Notes under the pieces: generated by a model | What the model was told of the DNA's origin: nothing | The model's database searches: none | Seen by the model: only the letters and a program-made list of their open reading frames with translations | In this document: one piece after another, positions 48,363 through 58,172 of the stretch | How positions within the stretch are numbered: position 1 is the stretch's first letter | How the letters are laid out: each line of letters starts with the position of its first letter | Source: Spirochaetia bacterium | Lineage (GTDB): Bacteria; Spirochaetota; Spirochaetia; CADAEX01 | Assembly: GCA_963662795.1 (NCBI GenBank) | Contig: OY759746.1 | Coordinates: 1,504,001 to 1,568,000 of the forward strand | DNA length: 64,000 nt | Direction of reading: 5' to 3' | Position numbers and translations under genes: made by a program

Positions 48363-49868
48363 ATGAAACGAGTGATTCTATCATTGCTTGTGATTTTACT
48401 TATCGCAAGTGCGGGATTTGCCGGAGGAAAACCGGAAGTCAAGGCGTCTGAAGAAAAAGCCGTAGTAAAATCAACCCAGCCAATACCAGCATTGTTCAGT
48501 CTCAAAGATATTCCGGAAATAAAAAATAAAAAAACCATTACTATGGCTGTAGAGACCGGTGAAGCGTGGGATAAGGTTATTGCCTATATCAAGGATTTTT
48601 CAAAGAAAACGGGTGTTGAGGTTAACGTTGAAAGGGTTGCTTCTCCAGTTGTTTATTCCAAGGAAAATGTAGAGCTTTTAGGCGGAACCGGTTACTACGA
48701 TGTAGTTTATGTGGAAACAGCCTGGACAGTAGAATGGTCAGATTATCTATATAAACTAAAAGAACTCGCAAATACCTATGACCCGTGGGGAGCTGCGGGA
48801 TTTGAGGCAGAATTAAAGAATTTCTCACCGTCAATTCTGGTTTGCGGACAGGCTTACGGCGACCAGATGGTAATGCCGTTTTACACATATCATGTAGCCA
48901 TGTTTGTAAGACAGGATGTATTTGATAATCAGCTTGAAAAAGAAAATTTCAGGAAAAAGTACGGATACGATCTTAAACCCGCAAAAACAAACAAGGAACT
49001 AAGCGATCAGGGTGAATTTTTTACCAGGAAAAAAGGCGAAAAACTGATGGGTAAGACTCTTGATTATGATATTTACGGACTTGCCATGATGGCCGGGGCA
49101 TATCAGATCAATGATGAAATCAGCGGAAGGCTGTGGGGAAAAAACTCGGATTACGCAACTGTAGTTCGTGACGGAAGCGGAAATATCAAGGAATTTGTTA
49201 TTACAAAAGAAAACAAGAAGATGCTTGCCGAAACCCTTAAGGAATACAAGGATCAGCTTGAATACTGCTCGCCTGGATGTCTTACAGCTAATTTCGACTT
49301 TGTTGTTGCCCAGATGGGCGAAGGCAGAGCTATTATTCAGCCGCATCAGTTCTCGAGCTGTTTCGCATGGAACGCGGGAATACTGAAAAAGAATCTCCCT
49401 GAAGCAAAACTGGGTGTCTATAATGCTGTTGGAGAACAGCCTTATACCGGCGCATGGTCTGTAGGTGTTGCCAAGGCTTCAAAGAATCCGGAAGCTGCTT
49501 ACTGGCTTTTAAGATATCTTTCCTCATTTGAAACACAGATGGTTGTAATGTCTGAAGGCGGCCAGATTAGCACAAGAATGGATGTTGTTGGAGATAAAAA
49601 ATGGCAGACACCTGAAAACAGATATCCAATGGGTGAACTTGCCGATGTATTGCTTGCATCATGGAAAACCCAAGCCAAATATGTTCCCAACTACTGGTAT
49701 TTCAACACAAAAGCGGGCGGGAAAGTTTATGAAATGCAGATGAATGTATTCCACAAACCAATGAGCGGTGAAACAACTGTTGAACAGGCTGTCGCAGAGT
49801 CTGTAGCAAAGACGCTTGAACTTACTTCCAAATTTGATAAAAAAGTACCGATACGCGAAGAAAAGTAA
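48363..49868 (+). CDS. Carbohydrate ABC transporter substrate-binding protein
   Basis: Signal peptide, YYDVV, GAWSVGV, SKNPEAAY; precedes permeases. Confidence 0.9.
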   Translation: MKRVILSLLVILLIASAGFAGGKPEVKASEEKAVVKSTQPIPALFSLKDIPEIKNKKTITMAVETGEAWDKVIAYIKDFSKKTGVEVNVERVASPVVYSKENVELLGGTGYYDVVYVETAWTVEWSDYLYKLKELANTYDPWGAAGFEAELKNFSPSILVCGQAYGDQMVMPFYTYHVAMFVRQDVFDNQLEKENFRKKYGYDLKPAKTNKELSDQGEFFTRKKGEKLMGKTLDYDIYGLAMMAGAYQINDEISGRLWGKNSDYATVVRDGSGNIKEFVITKENKKMLAETLKEYKDQLEYCSPGCLTANFDFVVAQMGEGRAIIQPHQFSSCFAWNAGILKKNLPEAKLGVYNAVGEQPYTGAWSVGVAKASKNPEAAYWLLRYLSSFETQMVVMSEGGQISTRMDVVGDKKWQTPENRYPMGELADVLLASWKTQAKYVPNYWYFNTKAGGKVYEMQMNVFHKPMSGETTVEQAVAESVAKTLELTSKFDKKVPIREEK

Positions 49869-49875
49869 ATAAAAA

Positions 49876-49902
49876 CAGGGCCGTCTTTAATGGGCGACCC
49901 TG
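49876..49902 (+). other. Stem-loop after the binding-protein gene
   Basis: CAGGGCCGTCT-TTAAT-GGGCGACCCTG. Confidence 0.55.
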
Positions 49903-49982
49903 GCATTTATCACATAATTAAAAATAATTATTAATTTTCAAATTGCAGTAATCATTTCAGGTACTGTGATAATGACTTAAAA

Positions 49983-50948
49983 ATGAATCTAAGGACGGCG
50001 ATAATGTCAGAGGTTGAAAAAGCAGTAAAAACTTCTGCTGCAGCAAGGGCATCTTTCGGAAACAGGAAAGAATCATTCCTGGAAAAACTGACTAACGAAA
50101 AGTATTTTAAGTGGACGCTATTAATTCCGCTGATTATAGTATTGCTTATTTTTATGCTATATCCGCTTATCTACTGTATTTACTATTCTTTTCATGAATG
50201 GGGCATGGTCGGCGACCCGATTTTTATCGGGCTGGATAACTATCGCGAAATGTTTAAGGATGAGTCCTTTTTAAAAGCTCTCGGAAGAACTTTCGAAGTA
50301 ACTGTAATATGTATTGTCATGGAAATATCCATTGGCCTTGGTCTGGCGCTTCTCTGGAACAAGGATTTTAAAGGGCAGTCCATTGTAAGAGGCCTTACTT
50401 TAATTCCTCTTTTAATTGCTCCGCTGGTTCTTTCCCTGTTATGGAATTTTCTGCTTGAATATGATTTCGGGGCTCTTAATCTCCTTCTTGAATCAATTGG
50501 ATTGAAAAAAGTGTACTGGTGGTCTCCTGACGTCGCTCTTTTTACAATTTGCGGTATTACCATATGGCAGTGGTTCCCTTTCGCGACTTTTGTTCTGGTT
50601 GCAGGATTAAAAAGCCTTCCCAGGGATGTTTTTGAAGCGGCCAGAGTTGACGGCGCAAAAGGGTGGTATATATTCAGGCGGCTGACACTTCCCATGTTAA
50701 GCCCACTCATAATGATTATTATTGTGCTAAGAGTCATGTGGTTAATAAGGTTGTTTGATCCGTTATACGGGACAACACGCGGGGGAGTAAAAACCGAACT
50801 TCTTGACTGGCTCGTTTACAGGACCTCTTTTGTATATTTTGATATCGGATATGGTTCGGCAATGGCAATATTCTCGTTATTCCTGACTATTACTGTATGC
50901 GCCATAATGTTCAGGGTACTTATGAAAGTTCTGGGTGTCATAAAGTAA
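49983..50948 (+). CDS. Carbohydrate ABC permease
   Basis: FIGLDNY, EAARVDGA. Confidence 0.95.
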   Translation: MNLRTAIMSEVEKAVKTSAAARASFGNRKESFLEKLTNEKYFKWTLLIPLIIVLLIFMLYPLIYCIYYSFHEWGMVGDPIFIGLDNYREMFKDESFLKALGRTFEVTVICIVMEISIGLGLALLWNKDFKGQSIVRGLTLIPLLIAPLVLSLLWNFLLEYDFGALNLLLESIGLKKVYWWSPDVALFTICGITIWQWFPFATFVLVAGLKSLPRDVFEAARVDGAKGWYIFRRLTLPMLSPLIMIIIVLRVMWLIRLFDPLYGTTRGGVKTELLDWLVYRTSFVYFDIGYGSAMAIFSLFLTITVCAIMFRVLMKVLGVIK

Positions 50949-50984
50949 AAAGATTTATTGGCACAATTTATTGGAAGGTGAATA

Positions 50985-51800
50985 ATGTTAAAAAAAATTG
51001 TTTTTTGGATGGTAACTATCTCGGTTTTATTGATTGTTGTTTCTCCGCTTGTGTGGGTGTATCTGACATCAATAAAAGCCCCGGATGATATTTTTACAAC
51101 TGAATTAAAAAAACTGGTTGTCTTTAAACCTACCCTTGATAATTATTTTAGGCTTTTTAATGATTATCCATTCTGGAATAATCTAATTAATACAGCAATA
51201 GTAAGTATTGTCAGTACAATTATAGTAATGTTTGTTGCATTGCTTTCCGCGTACAGTTTTGTAAGATGGAATACCGGCGGAGGGCATCTCCTGTTTACCA
51301 CTATTTCGACAAGAATGTTTCCGGGAGTTGTGGCCGCGATACCATTTTTCGTCGCATTCCGGTCTCTTGGAATGATTGACACACATCTGGCGCTTATTCT
51401 TCTTTATGTTTATTTCAATACTTCATTCGCTACATTTCTATTATACGGATTTTTCAGGGAAGTTCCGGTTGAACTTGAGCAGGCCGCGATGATTGACGGA
51501 TACAGCAGGCTGGAAATATTCAGAAAAATTGTTTTCCCCCTGATACTGCCGGGCCTTGCCGTTACTACGGTATTCTGCCTTATCTGGTCATGGAATGAAT
51601 TCTTTTATGCATTTTTGTTTACACGGGTTGCGGCTAAAACCGCAACAGTGCTTATATCCTCTTTCTGGGGATCAATAGAAGTTCAGTACGGACCAATGGC
51701 AGCGGGTGCGGCATTTACAATTCTGCCGACACTTATCGCGGCACTTGCAATGCAGAGATATATTATCAGAGGCCTTACTTTCGGTGCAGTAAAAGGCTGA
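50985..51800 (+). CDS. Carbohydrate ABC permease
   Basis: EQAAMIDG, SWNEF, GLTFGAVKG. Confidence 0.95.
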   Translation: MLKKIVFWMVTISVLLIVVSPLVWVYLTSIKAPDDIFTTELKKLVVFKPTLDNYFRLFNDYPFWNNLINTAIVSIVSTIIVMFVALLSAYSFVRWNTGGGHLLFTTISTRMFPGVVAAIPFFVAFRSLGMIDTHLALILLYVYFNTSFATFLLYGFFREVPVELEQAAMIDGYSRLEIFRKIVFPLILPGLAVTTVFCLIWSWNEFFYAFLFTRVAAKTATVLISSFWGSIEVQYGPMAAGAAFTILPTLIAALAMQRYIIRGLTFGAVKG

Positions 51801-51834
51801 TATCCTAAAAATTATAGAGGAAAGGTGATTATAT

Positions 51835-52029
51835 ATGTTACCAAGAATGACAACAGGCAACTGGATATTCTGGGCGATTATTATCTGGATCGGAGTAAAT
51901 TTTTTCTGGCTCGCGATTTTTGAAAGATTTATAACTCAATGGGTTGGTTTTGCTCTTGCAACAACTGCGGCGGTACTGGTATTAAAGTATGGCCCCAGGC
52001 CGGAAGAATCTGACGAGGGGGATGAATAA
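51835..52029 (+). CDS. Small 2-TM membrane protein within the ABC operon
   Basis: 64 aa, two hydrophobic helices, AAGGTG RBS, between permease and ATPases. Confidence 0.75.
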   Translation: MLPRMTTGNWIFWAIIIWIGVNFFWLAIFERFITQWVGFALATTAAVLVLKYGPRPEESDEGDE

Positions 52030-52031
52030 CC

Positions 52032-53156
52032 GTGGCAGAAGTAAGAATTGAAAATGTGTCAAAATTATATGGCCGAAAAAAGGCTGTTAAAAATGTTTCC
52101 TTTACATGCAAAGAAGGCGGTTTTCTTTCTATAGTAGGGCCAACCGGCGCAGGCAAGAGCACTTTACTTAAAATGGTTGCCGGAATTGAAAGCGTCAGTG
52201 AAGGGAAAATCTATTTCAATGATACGGTTGTAAATGATTTACCCCCGCAGGAACGAAATGTCTCAATGGCGTTTGAGACATATAATCTTTATCCTCATAT
52301 AAAGGTTTATGACAATATAGCTTTTCCCTTAAGGGCAAAAAGATGGAACCTGAATCTTTCAAGGGAAGAGGAACGGGCCAGGGTTTTGGAAATCGCGACA
52401 TTTCTCGGTATTGATGAGTATCTTGAAAGACTTCCCCAGAATCTCAGCGGCGGACAGAAGCAGAGAGTGTCTCTCGCGAGGGCTCTTGTCAGAAAGCCTG
52501 AAGTTTATCTTCTTGATGAGCCTATTGCTCATCTTGACGCGCGTCTCAAATTTTCCACACAGACACTTCTCAAGGAGTTCGCTCAGGAATACAAGAGTAC
52601 GATAATCTATGTTACCCATGATTACAGGGAAGCTCTTGCTTTATCAGACACCCTGATTGTTTTACGAAATGGCGAAGTTGTTCAGAACGGTTCACCGGAA
52701 GACGTATATAATTATCCTGAAACTCCTTTTGTAGGCAGAACATTGGGCGAACCTCCAATGAATATTATCCGCGGAGACAGCGTCAGGACAGGTGAAAAGA
52801 TCAGATTCAAGGCAGGCAATGATTTCTCTTTTATATGCAATGATTTGCTTGCGGAAAAAGCATCTGCCCTCATGAAAGGGAACAGCGACAAAACCACTCT
52901 GCTGGCCGGGATAAGAAGTGAATATATAAGTCTTGGAAGAGATAAAATGTCAGAGCATTCCTTTCCTCTGCCGGTATATGCCATAACTCACGAGTCTGAA
53001 AGTTCCATTGTAACGTTCAAGCTTGAAGACGGCACTTTTTTGTATGTGCGGACTGGAAGTGAACAGGACAGTAATTATGAAATAACAGAGGTTGTCTGGC
53101 TTGATTTTGATCAGGAGAAAACTTTTTTTTATACCGAGCAAAGTATAGATAATTAA
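52032..53156 (+). CDS. Carbohydrate ABC ATPase
   Basis: GPTGAGKS, LSGGQKQR, LDEP. Confidence 0.95.
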   Translation: MAEVRIENVSKLYGRKKAVKNVSFTCKEGGFLSIVGPTGAGKSTLLKMVAGIESVSEGKIYFNDTVVNDLPPQERNVSMAFETYNLYPHIKVYDNIAFPLRAKRWNLNLSREEERARVLEIATFLGIDEYLERLPQNLSGGQKQRVSLARALVRKPEVYLLDEPIAHLDARLKFSTQTLLKEFAQEYKSTIIYVTHDYREALALSDTLIVLRNGEVVQNGSPEDVYNYPETPFVGRTLGEPPMNIIRGDSVRTGEKIRFKAGNDFSFICNDLLAEKASALMKGNSDKTTLLAGIRSEYISLGRDKMSEHSFPLPVYAITHESESSIVTFKLEDGTFLYVRTGSEQDSNYEITEVVWLDFDQEKTFFYTEQSIDN

Positions 53157-53175
53157 AATAGAGAGGTTCCGGAAT

Positions 53176-54297
53176 ATGAGCAGAATTGATGTTAATCATG
53201 TGTGGAAAATATATGACGGTAATGTAACAGGCGTTAAGGATATTACATTTACCTGTGAAGATAAAGAATTTCTCGCGATCCTCGGCCCCTCCGGCGGCGG
53301 TAAAAGTTCAACTTTGAGAATGCTTGCGGGACTTGAAGAAATTTCCAGAGGTGAAATTTCTTTTGACGGTAAAATTGTCAACAAAATGGAACCAGCTGAG
53401 AGAAATATTGCGCTTGCCTTTGAGTCATATGCCCTTTATCAGCGGTTAAATGTATTTGAAAATATTGCTTTTCCGTTGCGCGCTAAAAAAATGAGCAATA
53501 ACGATATAAATAAAAAAGTAAACGAGATTGCAGAGCTTATGAATCTGGGAGCAATACTTCACAAGATGCCCGGCGGGCTTGCAGGCGGACAGCAGCAGAG
53601 GGTATCCCTTGCCAGGGCTTTTGTGAGGAATCCGAACCTTACTCTGCTCGATGAGCCGATATCGCACATGGATCAGCGCGTCAGGATGGAGCTTCGGGCC
53701 AGAATAAGAAGGCTCCACAATGAATTGGGGCTAACGACGATATATGTTACCCATGACCAGTCTGAAGCAACTTCCCTTTGCGACAGGCTGCTTGTAATAA
53801 ACAGGGCAGAACTGCAGCAGATCGGCACGGTAAATGAAATATGGAATAAACCGGCAAATAAATTTATTGCCGCTTTTGTCGGCGAACCGAGCATGAATTT
53901 TATTGATGCGGTGATTGAAGATTCAAAAAGCGTTTCGGTTTTTCAGGGTGATAAAAAAATTATTTTCCCGTTTTCGGGAGAGCTTGAAAATATTCCGGCC
54001 TCATCGCCTGTAACAATGGGATACAGGCCCCAGGAAGTTAAAATTGAGAGAAAAACAAGTAAAGAGCAATCTGAAATAAATGGAATTGTCAAAGTTGTGG
54101 AGTTCCAGGGACATTTAACAATACTTACAATAGAATTAGAAGATAACAACAGAACGGAAATGAAAGCCGTCGTTGAAGCGCATGAAAAATATAAAGTGAA
54201 TGAGAAAATCAGCGTAATTGTAAATCCGGAAATTATTCATCTTTTCAAAGGAGAAGAACCGGTTCTTGTCCGCAAGGGATTCAAGGAAAAAAAGTAA
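53176..54297 (+). CDS. Carbohydrate ABC ATPase
   Basis: GPSGGGKS, LAGGQQQR, LDEP. Confidence 0.95.
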   Translation: MSRIDVNHVWKIYDGNVTGVKDITFTCEDKEFLAILGPSGGGKSSTLRMLAGLEEISRGEISFDGKIVNKMEPAERNIALAFESYALYQRLNVFENIAFPLRAKKMSNNDINKKVNEIAELMNLGAILHKMPGGLAGGQQQRVSLARAFVRNPNLTLLDEPISHMDQRVRMELRARIRRLHNELGLTTIYVTHDQSEATSLCDRLLVINRAELQQIGTVNEIWNKPANKFIAAFVGEPSMNFIDAVIEDSKSVSVFQGDKKIIFPFSGELENIPASSPVTMGYRPQEVKIERKTSKEQSEINGIVKVVEFQGHLTILTIELEDNNRTEMKAVVEAHEKYKVNEKISVIVNPEIIHLFKGEEPVLVRKGFKEKK

Positions 54298-54330
54298 AAT
54301 ATTCTGCCCTGCCAGCGCAGGGTTTGAGGG

Positions 54331-55125
54331 GTGATTATGAACAGAATGCCTGATCGTTTTAGTCTTGAAGGTAAAAAAGCAGTTATCACCGGCGGAGCGA
54401 GAGGAATTGGCGCTGCAATCGCAGCAGGGCTTGCCGAAGCCGGCGCAGATATTGCAATTGCTGATATCGCACAGATGGATAGTGCGCAGCATGTACTGTC
54501 AGGCATTAAAAATACTTACGGATGCGATACCTGCTACCTCAGGACTGATGTCACAAAGGATAAGGAAATAGCGCTTTTTTTTGAGACTGTAGAAAAAAAG
54601 TGGGGATCTGTTGACATACTTGTTAACGCTGCGGGTATCTGCATTAATACCCCCGCGGAGACAACCAGCCGGGATGACTGGTATAAGCTTATTGACGTAA
54701 ACCTTAACGCCGTATTTTTCTGCTGCAGGGAAGCGGCTAAAATAATGATAAGGCAAAAAAGCGGCACAATAATCAATATCGGATCAATGTCTGGCGACGT
54801 TGTTAATTACCCCCAGCCGCAGGTATCATACAATGTGTCAAAGGCCGGTGTTCATATGATGACAAAATCACTGGCCGTAGAGTGGGCAAAGTATAATATT
54901 AGGGTTAATGCAATTGCTCCCGGATATATCGAAACAGAACTTACAAAGCCTTTCATGGAAAAACAGCCTGAAGATTATCACAAGTACTGGATTGGTGGTT
55001 CTGTTCTGAACCGGATTGGTCAACCGGAAGAACTTGTCGGCGCTGCAGTATATCTTGCGTCAGAAGCATCATCATATACAACAGGTGCGGTTATAACCAT
55101 TGATGGCGGATACTCATTGAGATAG
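54331..55125 (+). CDS. SDR oxidoreductase, polyol dehydrogenase-like
   Basis: TGGARGIG, NAAG, SMSG, PQPQVSYNVSK. Confidence 0.9.
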   Translation: MIMNRMPDRFSLEGKKAVITGGARGIGAAIAAGLAEAGADIAIADIAQMDSAQHVLSGIKNTYGCDTCYLRTDVTKDKEIALFFETVEKKWGSVDILVNAAGICINTPAETTSRDDWYKLIDVNLNAVFFCCREAAKIMIRQKSGTIINIGSMSGDVVNYPQPQVSYNVSKAGVHMMTKSLAVEWAKYNIRVNAIAPGYIETELTKPFMEKQPEDYHKYWIGGSVLNRIGQPEELVGAAVYLASEASSYTTGAVITIDGGYSLR

Positions 55126-55313
55126 TCAATCTTGGAGCATCAGGCTTTACATTATTGAGTGGTTGATTATTTCAGAGGTAATCTCCCTGTAAATGGTTTC
55201 AGTCCCGAAGTAATTAAAATATAGGTTTCTCCTTTTTCATTACAGATATTTTTCTCAAATATCTGCTTTTTCTATTTTCCTGCTATTAAAATATATATCA
55301 AATTGTTATTTTA

Positions 55314-56192
55314 ATGGTTATGAAAATCACTGCCAAAGCGAATCGGTTGAGGGGATTGTTAATTTCATCAGCAGGAATAATTATTCTCAGTTTCGATACA
55401 GCTCTCATCAGGCTGGCATCTTCTCCTTCGTGGAAAACCGCATTCTGGAGAGGCACATTAATTGCCGTTATTACATCCTTACTACTTTTTTTCAGGGAAA
55501 AAACAACTGTAGCGGACAAAATCAGAAAAGAAGGGATGCCTCTGGTTTTTTCGGGTATCATGTGGGGATTATCCGGTGTTTTATTTGTAATTTCGGTTAA
55601 ACTTACAGTTGCTGCTAATGTTCTGGTAATGCTTAGTCTTTCTCCCCTCTTTGCAGGCATTCTCGGCTATTTTCTGCTTGGAGAAAGGCTCAAAAAAATA
55701 ACCTATTTTACAATGACAGTTTCCGCGGCAGGAGTTTATATAATATTTGCAGGTGATATTGAAGGTGGAAACATTGCCGGAAATATTCTGGGATTCCTTG
55801 TTCCTGTTTTCCTTGGCGGTAATCTTGTCTGGATGAGAAAACATAAAGAGATAAGCAGATCTGCCGCTGTAGTTATCGGAGGGCTTGTTACAGCAATTAT
55901 TGCTTTTTATTTTGCCTTCCCTTTTAATGTTTCGTTTGTTTCATTTATTTATCTTGCCTTACTTGGTCTTGTTGCAATTCCGATGGGACAGCTTCTTATC
56001 TCGACAGGAACAAGGTTTATCCCTGCCGCAGAGGTTGCCCTGATCGTAATGCTTGAATCAGTTATCGGCCCCTTCTGGGTCTGGGTGCTGATAGGTGAAA
56101 TTCCTCCGGTAAGGACTTTTTTAGGAGGAATGCTGATACTTTCCGGAGTTTTTTTAAATTCTGTTTTTTCTTTTAACAAAGTAAAAGAATGA
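55314..56192 (+). CDS. DMT/EamA family transporter
   Basis: About 10 TM segments, LLGERL, LESVIGPFWVW..GE. Confidence 0.9.
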   Translation: MVMKITAKANRLRGLLISSAGIIILSFDTALIRLASSPSWKTAFWRGTLIAVITSLLLFFREKTTVADKIRKEGMPLVFSGIMWGLSGVLFVISVKLTVAANVLVMLSLSPLFAGILGYFLLGERLKKITYFTMTVSAAGVYIIFAGDIEGGNIAGNILGFLVPVFLGGNLVWMRKHKEISRSAAVVIGGLVTAIIAFYFAFPFNVSFVSFIYLALLGLVAIPMGQLLISTGTRFIPAAEVALIVMLESVIGPFWVWVLIGEIPPVRTFLGGMLILSGVFLNSVFSFNKVKE

Positions 56193-56204
56193 AAAAAATT
56201 ATCA

Positions 56205-56469
56205 TTTGATGCATAAGTAATCCGCCGCTTGCATCAAGCGTTGCACCTGTAATGTATTCGGCTTTATTGGATGCCAAAAAAATTACGGCAGGGGCAACTT
56301 CTCCAGGTTCTGCAATACGGTCGATAGGAATTCTTTTAATATATGATGATTCGTTTTCTGACAATGTTTTTTCTGTCATTGATGTTCTTATCATACCAGG
56401 AGATACTGCGTTTACAGTTATCCCTGATTCAGGCAGCTCTCTTGCAAGAGATTTTGTCATCATGTGAAC
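56205..56469 (-). pseudogene. SDR oxidoreductase C-terminal fragment
   Basis: VHMMTKSLAREL...VNAVSPG...YITGATLDASGG; no Rossmann N-terminus or YxxxK. Confidence 0.85.
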
Positions 56470-56470
56470 A

Positions 56471-56606
56471 CTGGCTGTTGAGAGTTATAACCTTTACCCG
56501 CATATCAAGGTTTCTGGCAACATCGCCTTTCCCCTCATGGCAAAAAGGTGGAATTTAAATCTTTCCCGGGGAAGAGGAAAGAGATAAAGTTGTTGAGATT
56601 GCAGCT
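56471..56606 (+). pseudogene. Fragment of a paralog of the ABC ATPase at 52032
   Basis: LAVESYNLYPHIKVSGNIAFPLMAKRWNLNLSR/EEERDKVVEIA versus MAFETYNLYPHIKVYDNIAFPLRAKRWNLNLSREEERARVLEIA; 1-nt frameshift. Confidence 0.85.
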
Positions 56607-56695
56607 TGCAGGTGAAAAAGATTAATTGATTTCCAATAACATTTTTAATGAAAAAGATATTATAAAGTGTTTTTAACTTTTTCTGCAAAGCTCTT

Positions 56696-58150
56696 TCACT
56701 TTATTACTGATTTTATGGCAACTTCAAACGCTTCATTAATCATAGCTAAAGGCGGTTCTTTAATAAACCCTTCTTTGATCAAAGAATCTATCACTGAACG
56801 CGAATACTGAATGTCCAACTGGGCTTTCTGAAAAACCTCTTCCCTTGTTAAGCTAACTCTGGCCAGGCCTTCTTTTATAGCCTGCATAGCAACATCTGCC
56901 GCCTCATAAGGAAAAACTCCAGGTTCTTCCATTGTTGCAATAATATTATCCGGGCTTATCCCCCTGTTTTCGGCAAACCTGGCTAGAGATCTTGCTGCAG
57001 CTATCGCCATTCCGTCAGATATTTTTTTGGCCCTTACTAACAAGGTCCCTTTGAGGATTCCAGGAAAACCTACTGAATTGTTCACCTGATTAGGAAAATC
57101 ACCTCGGCCGGTAGCAACTATAAAAGCTCCAGCTTTTTTGGCTGCATATGGATAGATTTCAGGAACAGGGTTCGCGCAGACAAAAACAATAGACTTTGGT
57201 GCCATTCGGCGGATATCTTCCTGTTTGACTGTGTCAGGTCCTGGTTGAGAAAGGGCGATCAAAACATCTGCACCAGTCATCGCTTCACTAAAAGTAGATA
57301 TCTCTTTGGGATTAGTGACCAAACACAATTCCCATTTCCGATAAAAACGTTTGTCTGCTTCTATATCTTTGCGCTCTTTATGCAAAGAACCTTTAGTATC
57401 AAAGATTACAATATTTTCGGGTTTTACTCCCGCTGTAATCACGATACGTGCAATAGTAGCATTTGCAGCGCCAGCTCCTAAAAAAACAATTTTTATATCT
57501 TCAAATTTTTTACCCGCTAATTTAACTGCATTGATTAAACCTGCAAGAGTAACACAGGCTGTGCCTTGAGCATCATCATGCCACACAGGGATATCACATT
57601 CTTCACGAAGTGTGTCCAGCACTTTATAACAGTTTGGCTGAGAAATATCTTCAAGATTGATAGCACCAAAAGATGGCTGAGCCATTTTGACAAAATCAAT
57701 AATTTTATCAGGGTCATTTCTGCCGTTATTGCCCCTGCTATCCATACATAGGGCAGTAGCATCAATTCCTCCCAGATATTTCATTAAAAAAGCTTTGCCT
57801 TCCATCACACCAAGACCTCCAAGAGAGGTACAATCTCCATCTCCCAGTACCCTTGTAGAATCGCTGACTACAGCGACATAATTCCCCTTATCAGACAAAT
57901 CATAGGCTGCTTCATTATTATCCCGGATCGTTGTAGAAATTTTTGATACACCGGGTGTATACCAGACGTTAAACCAGTTAAACCCGAAAACACCAGCTTT
58001 AGGGACAGTCTGCATCTTCCCTCCGTAAAAACGGTGTGCTTTTTCCGACAATTCTTTTAAAAACAGTGTTTTGGCTTTAGCAGTCTGGGCCGGGTTTAAG
58101 CCTCTCTTTTCTATCTCATCGTTGATATTTGATAAATCCAGTTTGATCAT
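56696..58150 (-). CDS. NAD(P)-dependent malic enzyme
   Basis: YTPGV, MEGKA, INLEDI, HDDAQGT, GAGAA, ANPVPEI, NQVNN; start at ATG 58150 after AGGAG. Confidence 0.93.
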   Translation of the reverse strand: MIKLDLSNINDEIEKRGLNPAQTAKAKTLFLKELSEKAHRFYGGKMQTVPKAGVFGFNWFNVWYTPGVSKISTTIRDNNEAAYDLSDKGNYVAVVSDSTRVLGDGDCTSLGGLGVMEGKAFLMKYLGGIDATALCMDSRGNNGRNDPDKIIDFVKMAQPSFGAINLEDISQPNCYKVLDTLREECDIPVWHDDAQGTACVTLAGLINAVKLAGKKFEDIKIVFLGAGAANATIARIVITAGVKPENIVIFDTKGSLHKERKDIEADKRFYRKWELCLVTNPKEISTFSEAMTGADVLIALSQPGPDTVKQEDIRRMAPKSIVFVCANPVPEIYPYAAKKAGAFIVATGRGDFPNQVNNSVGFPGILKGTLLVRAKKISDGMAIAAARSLARFAENRGISPDNIIATMEEPGVFPYEAADVAMQAIKEGLARVSLTREEVFQKAQLDIQYSRSVIDSLIKEGFIKEPPLAMINEAFEVAIKSVIK

Positions 58151-58172
58151 TTTTTTCTCCTTGTTTATTATC

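Noticed and set aside
44068-56674. TATAAAGTGTTTTT shared by the 44.07-kb and 56.66-kb intergenic regions
   Set aside because: A 14-bp match in AT-rich DNA with no further alignment; could be chance
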